Assembly: GCA_963753975.1 (NCBI GenBank)
Contig: CAVWEH010000001.1
Coordinates: forward strand, 256,001 to 320,000
DNA: 64,000 nucleotides
Origin: an uncultured delta proteobacterium
GTDB lineage: Bacteria; Desulfobacterota; Syntrophia; Syntrophales; Smithellaceae
Direction of reading: 5' to 3'
Under the pieces are notes generated by a model, which saw nothing but the letters and a program-made list of their open reading frames with translations, was not told the origin of the DNA and did not search any database. Positions 30,158-41,117 of this stretch are shown here, in pieces (the first letter of the stretch is position 1; each line of letters begins with the position of its first letter). The translations under genes and the position numbers were made by a program.

Positions 30158-32194
30158 ATGAAATCAAAAAAAATCAATATCTGGCAGATGAAGTTTGTTC
30201 TGCCCGCGCTGAAAGATTCGCTGACGAAACTAAATCCGGCGATCATGATTCAAAGTCCGGTGATGTTCATAGTGGAGTTGGTCACCATCGTAACTTCGTG
30301 TATAGTATTGGATGATATATTTACCGGTAGCAGTATCGCCTTTGATTTACAGATCACCTTGTGGCTGTGGTTTACGGTAATATTTGCCAATTTTGCGGAA
30401 GCCCTTGCCGAAGGTCAGGGAAGGGCCCAAGCCGATTCTCTTAAAAAGAACCGTTCGGAAGCCGTAGCCAAACGATTATTGAATGATGGCAGCACGGAAA
30501 CGATATCCGCCCTCCAGTTGAAAAAAGAAGACATGATTCTTCTCACAGACGGCGACACTATCCCTGGAGACGGTGAGGTCGCCGTGGGAACCGCGCTTAT
30601 CGATGAATCGGCCATAACCGGCGAATCCGCACCCGTCATCAGGGAATGCGGCGGCGACCGCAGCGGCGTCACCGGCGGAACACGAGTGCTTTCGGGGGAA
30701 ATAAAAGTTCGCATTACCGCCAATCCCGGTGAAAGCTTCCTCGATCAAATGATTCAGATGGTTGAAGGTGCAAAAAGACAGAAGACTCCCAATGAAAAAG
30801 CACTCAATGTATTTTTAATTGCGCTTACAATATTGTTCGTTGTTGTCGTCGTTACTTTAAAATATTTTGCCGCCTATATGAGCGTCAATGTTGCCGTAGC
30901 CACGCTGATTGCGCTCTTGGTGTGCCTGATGCCCACCACAATAGGAGGATTATTGCCGGCAATAGGAATTGCCGGCATGGACAGATTGCTGCAGTATAAT
31001 TTCATAGCGACAAGTGGCCGGGCCGTGGAAGCGTCCGGTGATGTTGATGTTGTGCTTATGGATAAAACCGGCACAATAACGCTGGGCAACAGAATGGCTA
31101 CTGAATTTATTCCTCTGGATAAGAAAAAAGAAACCGACCTTATCAATGCGGCGCTTTTGTCATCGCTTGCCGACGATACACCAGAAGGCAGAAGTATCGT
31201 CGTTTTGGCCAAAGAAAAGCTCGGAATACGCGGCAGTGATATTCGTGCTCCGGAGGGAGCTGTTTTTTCTCCCTTTAGTGCGGAGACGCGGATGAGCGGT
31301 ATTGATTGGAGCGGCCACCGGATAAGAAAAGGAGCTTTTGATGCTATCAAAGATTTTGTTGCGGTCAAAGGGGTGCTAATGGCGGAGGATGTTGAAAAAA
31401 TAGTAATGAACATTTCCACTGAAGGTTCGACGCCGCTTTTGGTGGCGAAGGATGGGGAAATTCTCGGTGTAATCCGGCTCAAAGATGTTCTCAAAGAAGG
31501 CATCAGCGGCCGTATTGCCAAACTGCGGCATATGGGGATCAAATCGATTATGATTACCGGAGATAATCCCTTAACGGCGGCGACCATTGCGGCTGAAGCC
31601 GGAGTGAATGACTTTGTTGCCCAGGCAAAACCGGTAACAAAATTGGAACTCATTCGTAAATATCAGGGGATGGGACATCTGGTGGCGATGATCGGTGACG
31701 GAACCAACGATGCGCCGGCGCTGGCTCAGGCCGACGTGGCCGTGGCGATGAACGCCGGCACACAGGCAGCCCGGGAAGCGGCCAATATTGTTGACCTTGA
31801 TTCTAATCCGACCAAACTTCTCGACCTTGTTGAAATCGGCAAGCAGATTCTCATTACCCGCGGAGCGCTGACGACTTTTAGCGTCGCCAATGATGTCGCC
31901 AAATATTTTGCGATCATTCCGGCGATCTTTGCACTTGAGTATCCTCAGTTGCGGATACTCGATATCATGCATCTGGCCAGTCCTCAGAGTGCGGTTTTGT
32001 CGGCGGTGATTTTTAACGCTATCATCATTCCGCTCTTGATTCCCCTGGCGCTGCGCGGCGTTCATTACAATCTTTCCAGTGTTTCGGCGTTACTGCGCCG
32101 TAATCTCCTTATTTACGGACTGGGCGGGTTGCTACTGCCTTTTGCCGGCATAAAACTTATTGACATTTTCCTGTCTGCATTGAAGGTACTATAA
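30158..32194 (+). CDS. kdpB: K+-transporting ATPase subunit B
   Basis: [29 protein letters not shown]. Confidence 0.97.
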   Translation: MKSKKINIWQMKFVLPALKDSLTKLNPAIMIQSPVMFIVELVTIVTSCIVLDDIFTGSSIAFDLQITLWLWFTVIFANFAEALAEGQGRAQADSLKKNRSEAVAKRLLNDGSTETISALQLKKEDMILLTDGDTIPGDGEVAVGTALIDESAITGESAPVIRECGGDRSGVTGGTRVLSGEIKVRITANPGESFLDQMIQMVEGAKRQKTPNEKALNVFLIALTILFVVVVVTLKYFAAYMSVNVAVATLIALLVCLMPTTIGGLLPAIGIAGMDRLLQYNFIATSGRAVEASGDVDVVLMDKTGTITLGNRMATEFIPLDKKKETDLINAALLSSLADDTPEGRSIVVLAKEKLGIRGSDIRAPEGAVFSPFSAETRMSGIDWSGHRIRKGAFDAIKDFVAVKGVLMAEDVEKIVMNISTEGSTPLLVAKDGEILGVIRLKDVLKEGISGRIAKLRHMGIKSIMITGDNPLTAATIAAEAGVNDFVAQAKPVTKLELIRKYQGMGHLVAMIGDGTNDAPALAQADVAVAMNAGTQAAREAANIVDLDSNPTKLLDLVEIGKQILITRGALTTFSVANDVAKYFAIIPAIFALEYPQLRILDIMHLASPQSAVLSAVIFNAIIIPLLIPLALRGVHYNLSSVSALLRRNLLIYGLGGLLLPFAGIKLIDIFLSALKVL

Positions 32195-32205
32195 AGGAGG
32201 ATTCT

Positions 32206-32784
32206 ATGTTGCCAATGAAACGTTCTCTTCTGGTATTTGCCGGATTAACACTTATTTGCGGCTTGATTTATCCACTGATTATTACCGGAATATCGCAAAT
32301 AGTATTCTTTCCGGAATCAAACGCCAGTGTCATTAAAAAGGGCAATATAATTATCGGGTCGCAACAGATAGGACAGCTCTTTAGCGACCCCAAATACTTT
32401 CATGGCCGTCCATCCGCTTCCGATCCTCCGTATGATGCGAGCAATTCCGGCGGCAGTAATCTGGCGCCCTCCAGTGCCAAGCTCTTGGGGCAAGTCCAGA
32501 CGCGTATTGAGCAGGTTCGCCGTGAAAATAAATTGCCGGCGGATACACCGATTCCCGCCGATCTGGTTTTAGCATCGGGGAGCGGTCTTGATCCTCATAT
32601 AAGCGTGGATGCGGCGCTGCTTCAGGCTCCCCGCATTGCCCGGGAAAGAAAAATAACGGTGGCGGATGTGGAAAAAATGATTCGTGAGAACACGCAGCAT
32701 CCTTTTTGGGGAATTTGGGGAAAAGAGAGGGTGCATGTGCTGAATCTGAACATAGCGCTCGATAATTTTAAGACTAAGCAGTAA
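32206..32784 (+). CDS. kdpC: K+-transporting ATPase subunit C
   Basis: YFHGRPS, SGGSNL, ASGSGLDPHIS. Confidence 0.97.
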   Translation: MLPMKRSLLVFAGLTLICGLIYPLIITGISQIVFFPESNASVIKKGNIIIGSQQIGQLFSDPKYFHGRPSASDPPYDASNSGGSNLAPSSAKLLGQVQTRIEQVRRENKLPADTPIPADLVLASGSGLDPHISVDAALLQAPRIARERKITVADVEKMIRENTQHPFWGIWGKERVHVLNLNIALDNFKTKQ

Positions 32785-32812
32785 TCTGTTTAATCGCTAA
32801 AAGGCAACCGGT

Positions 32813-34840
32813 ATGAAAGAAAAAAAAATAAGACCTGATCCCGATGCCCTTTTAAGAGAAGTCGAAAAAGAAGATGTCCGGAAGGGAAGATTAAAAATAT
32901 TTCTCGGCTACGCTCCGGGTGTCGGTAAAACCTATGCGATGCTCAATGATGCCCACGTGTTGAAGAAACGCGGTATAGATGTCGTAGTTGGTTTCGTCGA
33001 AACACATCAGCGTGCCGAAACGGAAGCGCTTGTTGCCGATCTGGAAACGATACCCCGGAAGGTGACTGATTACAAGGGTATTTCTATCCACGAAATGGAT
33101 CTGGATGCCGTTCTCACGCGTCGTCCCGCCGTTGTTCTGGTAGACGAACTTGCCCATACCAATGTTGAGGGCAGCCGCCATCCGAAGCGTTATCAGGATA
33201 TTGAAGAATTACTGGAAAGAGGGATAGATGTGCACACGACGGTCAATATCCAGCACTTTGAGAGCATGAATGATGCCGTCGCCAAGATCACCGGCGTTCG
33301 CATGCTGGAAACATTGCCGGACACATTTTTTGACCGTGCCGACGAGGTACAGGTGATCGACATTCCTTGGGAAGAGTTAACGCAAAGGTTAAAAGAGGGC
33401 AAGGTTTATATCCCCCAGCAGGCTCTCCATGCCATTGATAACTTTTTCCAACGGGGCAATTTATTCGCTCTGCGCGAACTCATGCTAACTCTCGTAGCTC
33501 GCAAGATGGACAGCGAGCTGATCAACTATATGAGGGCGAAAGCGATTCCCGGTCCCTGGCCTACTGCGGAAAAACTCGTCGTCTGTATCGCCGCCAGTCC
33601 CTATGCCAAACAATTGATACGCAAAGCCTATTCGATCGCTAAAGATACGCACGCCGAATGGTACGCAGTCTATGTTTTGCCCAGTGGTCTTACCGAGCCT
33701 TCGGGCAAGGCAAAAGTTTATTTAACGGAGGCGCTGAATCTTGCGGAAGAACTGGGAGCAAAAATCATAACGCTTTCCGGCGATGATATTGCCGATGAAA
33801 TTATTCGTTTTGCCCGGGAGAACAATATTACACAGATCGTGATCGGTAAGCCTCTGCGGTCGGCGCTTATTGAATTTTTTAAAAGGTCGCCTGTCTCCCG
33901 CCTTCTTTATGCTTCAAGTGATTTTGAACTTCATCTCATTACTCCGACAGTGGGGAAAAAAGAAAAAGAACCCAGCGCCCCTCGTCGGCAAATGGCATTT
34001 AAGTTCTCCAATTACTTAATGACGCTGGTCATGATTGCCATTATCACTCTCATTAACACCGTTCTTCAGAACTTTGTTGATCCGTCTTCATTGGTTTATA
34101 TCTATTTAATTGCCACAATTGTCAGTGCATTGTTGTTTGGCGTATGGCCGTCAATATTCACTTCGATCATCAGTCTTTTAACTTACGATTTTTTCTTTAC
34201 CGAGCCCAGATACAGCTTTTCGATGAATGACCCCAAAGAAATAATCAACCTGCTGGTTTTTCTTTTTACCGCAATTATTGTCGGGCAGTTGGTCAAAGTC
34301 GTAAAAAAACAGAATGTCGCCTTGCAACTAAGGCTGGAGAGGGTTGTCCTGGTCGAAGAGATGAGTAAGGAATTCTTGATCCTCCCTCCTCTCGAACAGC
34401 TGGTGGAAGGACTCGCTACGTTTTCTCAGGAGACAATGAGCACCCTGGCCTTCCTCAAGACGACAATTCTTAATGACATAAGCAATCTGACCATCAAGTA
34501 TGTTCAGAAAGTTATCAACGTTCCGTGTTTTGTTCTGTTCAGGGCAAAGTCAGGCGACCTCCAGCTATGGTCAAGAAGCAGTCCGGATTTGGAAATTAAT
34601 CAAAATGATATGGCCGTTGCCCATTGGTCGTTTTCTCACGGGGAAATTTCCGGTGCCGGAACGGAGACTCTGCCGAGTATCTCTTATTGTTTCCTGCCGA
34701 TTAAATCCCAGGAGGAGACGATCGGTGTAGTCGGCATAAAATATGAGTTTAAGAACCTGCTCCCGGAACAGCGCCGCATTCTGGGAACCATATCCAATTT
34801 GACATCCCTTGTTGCCTCCCGGTGGATACGGATCGGATAA
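32813..34840 (+). CDS. kdpD: KdpD-like protein (KdpD N-terminal, Usp, TM and GAF-like domains) lacking the histidine kinase module
   Basis: LKIFLGYAPGVGKTYAML, VDELAHTN, RHPKRYQDIEELL, Usp region, 4 TM, GAGTETLP; ends before any H-box. Confidence 0.85.
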   Translation: MKEKKIRPDPDALLREVEKEDVRKGRLKIFLGYAPGVGKTYAMLNDAHVLKKRGIDVVVGFVETHQRAETEALVADLETIPRKVTDYKGISIHEMDLDAVLTRRPAVVLVDELAHTNVEGSRHPKRYQDIEELLERGIDVHTTVNIQHFESMNDAVAKITGVRMLETLPDTFFDRADEVQVIDIPWEELTQRLKEGKVYIPQQALHAIDNFFQRGNLFALRELMLTLVARKMDSELINYMRAKAIPGPWPTAEKLVVCIAASPYAKQLIRKAYSIAKDTHAEWYAVYVLPSGLTEPSGKAKVYLTEALNLAEELGAKIITLSGDDIADEIIRFARENNITQIVIGKPLRSALIEFFKRSPVSRLLYASSDFELHLITPTVGKKEKEPSAPRRQMAFKFSNYLMTLVMIAIITLINTVLQNFVDPSSLVYIYLIATIVSALLFGVWPSIFTSIISLLTYDFFFTEPRYSFSMNDPKEIINLLVFLFTAIIVGQLVKVVKKQNVALQLRLERVVLVEEMSKEFLILPPLEQLVEGLATFSQETMSTLAFLKTTILNDISNLTIKYVQKVINVPCFVLFRAKSGDLQLWSRSSPDLEINQNDMAVAHWSFSHGEISGAGTETLPSISYCFLPIKSQEETIGVVGIKYEFKNLLPEQRRILGTISNLTSLVASRWIRIG

Positions 34841-34910
34841 ATTTCTCTAATAAATTATTTTCCGTGCGGCAATATATCACGAAGAGTTATTTCATCAGTG
34901 GCGTAAAGGA

Positions 34911-35064
34911 GTCTCATCCCGCTGGCCTCGGCCACGGGATCAATTCGGCCAACAAATTTCAGCGCACTTCCACCGCTTTGCGGGATAGTTCGTCTAACAG
35001 ATTTCAGTGCGCTTCGCTTCTAAAATCTGGGACTCACTACGTTTTGGAGATTTGAGTCTCATTA
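34911..35064 (-). repeat. GA-mismatch hairpin element cluster B (nested)
   Basis: Reverse complement is near-identical to 42147-42306 apart from two short inserts; it overlaps the radical SAM gene stop. Confidence 0.85.
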
Positions 35065-36260
35065 ACAAAACAGCGGGGGTCTTCCGCCAGGTAGTCTCCA
35101 CTGTAAGCTAAAGCGCGACCGCGGCAGCCGCCGCAAACAGTTTTGTAATTGCATTCGCCGCAGGCACCTTTGAGTTTATCTTCCCGCCGCCGCAAATTTT
35201 GGAATACCGGCGCATCCTTATATATTTCACGGAAACTTTTATTTCTGATGTTTCCCGCATTGACCTCCACAAAGGGACAGGGCCAGACATCGCCGTTAGC
35301 TTTGATGTAAACAAAACCTCTGCCTGCGGCGCAGCCGTGAAAAACTTTACCCGCCAGTTTTAACAGCGAACCGTTCCGAACGCCGTTTTTTTCCAGAATA
35401 TAGGGCCAATATTGCGGTCCGGCAACCGGCTCGATAATGGTTCTAGCGATTTTTTGTTTAGCGGCAATAAGTTCGCTTAAATATTTATTCGCGCTTTTCT
35501 TTAAAGTGGCTTTTTCTATCTTTTCTCCCCGGCCGACGGCGACCAACTGATACATCAGCATGATGCCGGCGCCGCAGCTGTCGGCAAAATCAATGAGCTC
35601 GGGTAAGTGCGGCATATTGTATTCCATCGCCGTTGTATTGATCTGCAAAAGGATCCCCGCTTTTTTTGTGGCCTCAATTGCTCTGAGCGCCTGATCAAAA
35701 GCGCCGGGCTTGTTCCTTACCAAATCATGAATTTCGGGATTGGCGGCGTCAATGCTGATGGCGTTGCAAACAACGCCATGATCCTTCAACTTAAAAGCCA
35801 TTTCTTCGTCAATTAGTGTGCCGTTGGTGGCAATAATATTGGCCAGACCGGCTTGCTGGGAATGCTTAAGTAAAGTGAAAATATCCGGTCGTACCAGCGG
35901 TTCACCGCCGGTAAAGATCAATGTTCTGAATTCGCTGATTGCGGCCAGCATATCAATGAGTTTTTTTCCTTCATCGGTGGTAAGTTCATTCGCGGCAGTC
36001 TTGCCGCTTATCGCATGACAATGAATACATCTTAAATTACAGGCGCCAGTCACCTCCCAGGCCGGATGTCCCGGGTAACCGATGCAGCCCATGCCTAAGG
36101 AACCGTTGGCTGCGGGTATGGAGGGGAAACCGTGCCGGAAAAGCCATCCCGGAAAATGCCGCCAGCGATTTAAGTATCCCATGAGTAAAACGCTGCCCAT
36201 TTGTCTTACCAAAAGGGAAGGGGGATTATAAAACCGTTTCGTTTTCTTTTTTGATTGCAT
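35037..36260 (-). CDS. Radical SAM/SPASM domain protein
   Basis: CNLRCIHC, FTGGEP, GCAAG..GDVWPC, CGEC..CGGCRGRA..DPRC. Confidence 0.9.
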   Translation of the reverse strand: MQSKKKTKRFYNPPSLLVRQMGSVLLMGYLNRWRHFPGWLFRHGFPSIPAANGSLGMGCIGYPGHPAWEVTGACNLRCIHCHAISGKTAANELTTDEGKKLIDMLAAISEFRTLIFTGGEPLVRPDIFTLLKHSQQAGLANIIATNGTLIDEEMAFKLKDHGVVCNAISIDAANPEIHDLVRNKPGAFDQALRAIEATKKAGILLQINTTAMEYNMPHLPELIDFADSCGAGIMLMYQLVAVGRGEKIEKATLKKSANKYLSELIAAKQKIARTIIEPVAGPQYWPYILEKNGVRNGSLLKLAGKVFHGCAAGRGFVYIKANGDVWPCPFVEVNAGNIRNKSFREIYKDAPVFQNLRRREDKLKGACGECNYKTVCGGCRGRALAYSGDYLAEDPRCFVNETQISKT

Positions 36261-36269
36261 AATTAAAAT

Positions 36270-37190
36270 TTAAAGGTAGACCATGATGTAAGCAAGGGAT
36301 GTTCCTAAATTGACGGCAATGTTCAAGCCGCAGAGAATCTCCAATATTTTATGATTTTCATATTTTGCGCGCAGCATCATGATAATTATGAATAGGGAAA
36401 TAATCAGGAAGGGCAGATAAAAATAAATTGCCTGCAAAGGAATGCCCCATAACGGCGATAGGAGCATAGTCAGGGAAGTCAATAGGGAACAAATCACATA
36501 AAGTGCCATTCCTTTTTGCTTGCCGAGCCGATATAGTAAATTTTTTTTATCCGTTGCCTTGTCCGCTTCATAGTCGGGAAATTCATTGAGCAGGATTACA
36601 TTAAAAATCGAAAAGCCGATGGGTAGAGCCAGCCAATGAACTAAGGGGTGAATTGTGCCGGTCTGTATATAATAGGCCGAGGCGACGGGCAGCCAGCCGT
36701 AACAAAAACCGATAAAAATTTCGCCGAAGCCGCGCTGGACAAGGCGTATCGGCTTAGTCGAATAAAAGAAACCGGGAAAAGCTCCGAGGAAACCCAAGGC
36801 CAATGTATAGGGGCCGGTTTTTAAAACGAATTGCAGGATTATTCCGATAATTCCGGCAATGATCAGCGTGACGATGCTTGTCCAAAGGGGGACCAGCGGC
36901 GATATTTTCCCGGTTGGGAGCACACGTGCGCCGCCAGCAAACCGGTTTTTGTGTAAACGATTCGCTAGAATGTCTCCTTCATAATCGAAATATTCGCCGG
37001 AATGATAAGTGGAAAGCATAATCAAGATGACCCCGGAGACACCGAGAACAAAAATTTTAATACTAATGGCAGAATTAATTTTGTATGCGAGAAATGTTCC
37101 CAATATAAAGGGAAGGATGCCGACAGTGTGAAAAGGCGGCCGGGAGAGACCAATCCATGCCTTTATTTTTTCTATATTAGAATTTTGCAT
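36270..37190 (-). CDS. UbiA/MenA family prenyltransferase
   Basis: RPPF, EYFDYEGD, FFYS..P..RGFGE, NEFPDYEAD. Confidence 0.85.
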   Translation of the reverse strand: MQNSNIEKIKAWIGLSRPPFHTVGILPFILGTFLAYKINSAISIKIFVLGVSGVILIMLSTYHSGEYFDYEGDILANRLHKNRFAGGARVLPTGKISPLVPLWTSIVTLIIAGIIGIILQFVLKTGPYTLALGFLGAFPGFFYSTKPIRLVQRGFGEIFIGFCYGWLPVASAYYIQTGTIHPLVHWLALPIGFSIFNVILLNEFPDYEADKATDKKNLLYRLGKQKGMALYVICSLLTSLTMLLSPLWGIPLQAIYFYLPFLIISLFIIIMMLRAKYENHKILEILCGLNIAVNLGTSLAYIMVYL

Positions 37191-37589
37191 AAAATACCTA
37201 AGTCAGTTGGGCGGTTTACTAACATAAAGGGTCTTTGTTGTCAAAGGGCTACGGTATTTTCTGACAGCAGTAAAATTGGCTGCACAAAGCCGTGGAGGGT
37301 AAATCACTTTTTTTCTTGCTTGTGCATTTTTTTTGTGCTAGGCGTAGCGGAAGTTTGCAGAAAGAATCCTTCCCGAATGAGTAACCACGCGGCTTGCGAA
37401 AAGATCAAGAATTTGCGAATTTGTCGGATGGGCGATGGATTCAGTGCTTACTTTGACGTTTAACTCCGTTTATTACCGGGGAAAATATAGGCTCAATAGC
37501 GGTTTAGTGCCGGAAGTTTAGCTATAGCCGCAAAAGGCGGTTGGTTATAATGTTATATATTTAATCTTAGGAAAGGGGGCATTTCAAGG

Positions 37590-37862
37590 ATGACAAAAGC
37601 AGATTTGGTCGATGTTATGGCAAAAGAAGCGGATATTACTAAAGCGGCGGCGGCAATGGCTCTGGACGCTTACGTTGACGCGGTCACGAAGGAACTGAAG
37701 AAGGGCGGTAAGATTGGCCTGGTAGGATTTGGAACATTCACCGTGGCAAAAAGGAAAGCAAGAGAAGGCAGGAATCCTCAAACCGGTAAAGCCATTAAGA
37801 TTCCGGCGAAGAAAGTTGTAAAATTCAAGGCCGGTAAAGAACTGGCCGATAAATGTAAATAA
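37590..37862 (+). CDS. hup: DNA-binding protein HU
   Basis: MTKADLV, GFGTF, REGRNPQTG, FKAGKEL. Confidence 0.95.
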   Translation: MTKADLVDVMAKEADITKAAAAMALDAYVDAVTKELKKGGKIGLVGFGTFTVAKRKAREGRNPQTGKAIKIPAKKVVKFKAGKELADKCK

Positions 37863-37887
37863 TAAATTATTAAGTCATTATTCAACT

Positions 37888-37927
37888 GGGGCCTCCGCAT
37901 TATTCAGAGAAACAATCGGAGGCCTCA
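37888..37927 (+). terminator. Stem-loop after HU gene (possible terminator or stability hairpin)
   Basis: GGGGCCTCCG ... CGGAGGCCTC inverted repeat; weak U-tract. Confidence 0.4.
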
Positions 37928-37968
37928 GTGCATTTATCTTAGTTAATAAATCTGTAAGGAGTTTTGTT

Positions 37969-38958
37969 TTGGGACTCAAGAGAATTCTCAGCGGGATGAG
38001 GCCTACCGGAAAACTGCATTTAGGCCATATACACGGTGCATTGAGAAACTGGATTGAATTGCAGGAAAGCGGCAAGTATGATTGTTTTTATTTTGTCGCC
38101 GATTGGCATGCCGTTACCAGTGAATACACCTCTACGGAAGAAATCAAGGATAACATAACCAGCATGGTGATTGACTGGCTCAGCGTTGGTCTTGATCCTC
38201 AGAAAAGCACTCTCTTTGTGCAATCGGCGATTAAAGAACATGCCGAGCTCTTTCTTCTGCTTTCGATGATTACTCCTCTGGCCTGGCTCACGCGCAATCC
38301 TACCTATAAGGAAATGAAAGCCGAACTGGCCACTAAGGATTTATCCACTTTCGGCTTTTTGGGTTATCCCGTGCTGCAAGCCGCGGATATTATCATGTAT
38401 AAGGCTTATGGCGTTCCTGTCGGAGTTGATCAGTTACCCCACATAGAACTGACCCGCGAGATTGCCCGTCGTTTTAATTTTCTCTATAAGGAAATCCTTC
38501 CGATTCCGGAGCCTTTATTGACCAGCGTGCCCAAGCTTCTGGGTATTGACGGAAGAAAAATGAGTAAGTCGTATGAGAATTCAATTTATATCAGTGATCG
38601 CGGCAAAGAGTTACAGCAGAAGATTTCATCCATGTTCACTGATCCTCAGCGCATAAAAAAGGCCGATCCGGGGAATCCTGAAATATGCAACGTCTTTACT
38701 TTTCAGGGTTTGTACTCGGATGCGACAACGGTAAAACAAATCGACGTAGACTGCAGGAAAGCGGCCATCGGCTGCACCGATTGTAAGAAAGTGCTCGCGG
38801 GGCGTATTGCCGAGGCGATGCATCCCATTCATGAACGGATGGACTATTACATGAAGCATCCGGACGAAATTAACTCGGTTGTTGAAGAGGGCAACAAGAA
38901 GGCCACAAAGGTAGCGCGTCAAACAATGGAGGAAGTCCGCGCCGCGGTTAAGATCTGA
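37969..38958 (+). CDS. trpS: Tryptophan-tRNA ligase
   Basis: SGMRPTGKLHLGH, YPVLQAADI, VPVGVDQ, KMSKS. Confidence 0.96.
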   Translation: MGLKRILSGMRPTGKLHLGHIHGALRNWIELQESGKYDCFYFVADWHAVTSEYTSTEEIKDNITSMVIDWLSVGLDPQKSTLFVQSAIKEHAELFLLLSMITPLAWLTRNPTYKEMKAELATKDLSTFGFLGYPVLQAADIIMYKAYGVPVGVDQLPHIELTREIARRFNFLYKEILPIPEPLLTSVPKLLGIDGRKMSKSYENSIYISDRGKELQQKISSMFTDPQRIKKADPGNPEICNVFTFQGLYSDATTVKQIDVDCRKAAIGCTDCKKVLAGRIAEAMHPIHERMDYYMKHPDEINSVVEEGNKKATKVARQTMEEVRAAVKI

Positions 38959-38968
38959 CCCGGCTGCA

Positions 38969-39718
38969 ATGTTTATGAACGAAGAACAGACAACAGGTTA
39001 TGCCATCAAGCTTGATATTTTCGAAGGTCCTCTCGACCTGCTTCTGTATTTGATTAAGAAAAATGAAATTGATATCTACAATATCCCCGTAGCGTTGATT
39101 ACAGAGCAGTATCTGCAGTATCTCAAAATGATCAAATCTCTCAACCTGGATTTAGCCGGCGAATATCTGGTCATGGCCTCGACGCTCATTCATATAAAAT
39201 CCAAAATGCTTCTGCCTGAGCCTGCGGAGCCGGAGGAAGAAGAGGAAGAAGACCCTCGTGCCGAATTAGTGAGACAGCTTTTAGAATATCAGGCGTTTAA
39301 AGAAGCTGCGGCTAATTTGGGGGAAAGGCCGATTCTGGAAAGAGACGTGTTTACCCGCGCACCTTTTTTGCCGGAGGAAACCGAAAAAGCCGCGGCGGCT
39401 GAAGACGAACTTATTGAAGTAAGCATTTTTGAACTGATTGAAGCTTTTCACCGCATTGTCTCCCGCATCGATAAAAAAGAGCTGATGGAAATAGATCTGG
39501 AAAAGATGTCGCTTACTGATATAATTAACGAAATAATGGAACGGCTCTCTACTGAAAAAAACCTGACTTTTGATGAATTGCTCGGGGGAAAAAAAGCGCG
39601 CTGGCGCATCATTTACACTTTTTTAGCCCTGCTGGAATTGGTTAAACTCAGAATGGTGAAAGCTTATCAAACTTCTGCTTTCGGTGTAATCCGGATTTTT
39701 CCGGCTGTGGAGTCTTAA
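38969..39718 (+). CDS. scpA: Segregation/condensation protein A
   Basis: FEGPLDLLLYLI, IKSKMLLP, FLALLEL. Confidence 0.93.
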   Translation: MFMNEEQTTGYAIKLDIFEGPLDLLLYLIKKNEIDIYNIPVALITEQYLQYLKMIKSLNLDLAGEYLVMASTLIHIKSKMLLPEPAEPEEEEEEDPRAELVRQLLEYQAFKEAAANLGERPILERDVFTRAPFLPEETEKAAAAEDELIEVSIFELIEAFHRIVSRIDKKELMEIDLEKMSLTDIINEIMERLSTEKNLTFDELLGGKKARWRIIYTFLALLELVKLRMVKAYQTSAFGVIRIFPAVES

Positions 39719-40273
39719 ATGGAAAATATTAAATCTGTAATTGAAGCTCTTATTCTAGCTTCCGACGCGCCGCTGGTGAGGGAAAAGATTTGTGCTGTTC
39801 TCCCGGAAACGGGAAAAGCGCTGATCGAAGAAGCTGTCGGTGAATTGATTGCCGAATATAAGGAGAGGCAGGGCGGGATTTATTTGCAGGAAGTTGCCGG
39901 CGGGCTGCAATTCCGGACAAGGCCGGAATTCGGTGATTGGATAAAAAAATTGAAAAACACAAAGCCGGCTTCGTTATCGGCCGCGGCCATGGAAACTCTG
40001 GCGATCGTTGCTTACCGACAGCCGATTGTCAAATCGGAAATTGAAAGTATCCGCGGTGTGGATGTGGGTTATCAGCTCAAGAATCTTCTGGAGAAGAAGC
40101 TTGTGCGCATTGTGGGGCGCAAGGATGTGCCGGGCAAGCCCATCATTTACGGAACGACAAAAAAGTTTCTGGAAGTATTCAACCTGAAAGATCTCGCGGA
40201 GCTGCCTACTTTACGGGAATTGAAAGAACTTCACGAGCAGCACGAGCCCGGCGAAGATTATTCCGGCACATGA
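39719..40273 (+). CDS. scpB: Segregation/condensation protein B
   Basis: ETLAIVAYRQP, IRGVD, YGTTKKFL..F.L..L..LP. Confidence 0.93.
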   Translation: MENIKSVIEALILASDAPLVREKICAVLPETGKALIEEAVGELIAEYKERQGGIYLQEVAGGLQFRTRPEFGDWIKKLKNTKPASLSAAAMETLAIVAYRQPIVKSEIESIRGVDVGYQLKNLLEKKLVRIVGRKDVPGKPIIYGTTKKFLEVFNLKDLAELPTLRELKELHEQHEPGEDYSGT

Positions 40274-41001
40274 AAGAGCGTTTACAAAAGATTATTTCCG
40301 CCGCCGGTGTCGCCTCGCGGCGCCACGCGGAAAAATTGATAACTGCCGGGCGAGTAAGTGTTGATGGCGTAGTAGTAAACGAGTTAGGGGTAAAAGCCGA
40401 CGCCACCAAAAACATTATTCGCATTGACGGCAAAATCATTTCTCTCGAAAAAACAAATTTATATATTGCTTTAAATAAACCGGCTGGATTCGTGACCACT
40501 ATGAGCGATCCGCAAAAGCGGCCGACTGTTGTGGATTTGCTGGGCTCTGTGCCGGAAAGGGTTTATCCGGTAGGCAGGCTTGATTACGATTCCGCAGGAC
40601 TTTTGCTTTTGACTAATGACGGCGATTTCGCGCAAAAAATTCAGCATCCCCGCTTTCAGATACCTAAAGTTTACCGGGTTAAGATTCAAGGACATTTGTC
40701 CAAAGAAGAATTAGTAAAGTTGAGCTACGGTGTCAAATTGCCGGACGGCATCTTTAAACCGGAAAATATCCAAAGGGAAAAAATCAATGACCGTAGTTGT
40801 TGGTTGCGGCTGACGCTGAAAGAGGGGAAAAATAGAATAATAAGAAGAGGTTTTGAAGCGAATTCTTATCGGGTAACACGTCTGGTGCGGGAAGCCGTAG
40901 GCGACATTAAACTGGGGAATCTGAAGGAAGGTTCCTGGCGGTACTTGACGAAAAAAGAAATAAACCGCCTGCTCGATTGCGCGCTAAATAAGAATAAATA
41001 A
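40270..41001 (+). CDS. rluB: rRNA pseudouridine synthase (RluB/RsuA family)
   Basis: S4 domain ERLQK..SRR, PVGRLD, EGKNR. Confidence 0.85.
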   Translation: MKERLQKIISAAGVASRRHAEKLITAGRVSVDGVVVNELGVKADATKNIIRIDGKIISLEKTNLYIALNKPAGFVTTMSDPQKRPTVVDLLGSVPERVYPVGRLDYDSAGLLLLTNDGDFAQKIQHPRFQIPKVYRVKIQGHLSKEELVKLSYGVKLPDGIFKPENIQREKINDRSCWLRLTLKEGKNRIIRRGFEANSYRVTRLVREAVGDIKLGNLKEGSWRYLTKKEINRLLDCALNKNK

Positions 41002-41117
41002 AATTTTCTTGACATTCGCCATAAAATAAATAATAACCTTAAACACGTATAAGCGTCTAGAAATAAACATAATATCATCAGGCGACACAGGATTGTAAAC
41101 AGCTTTAAGGAGGCTCT

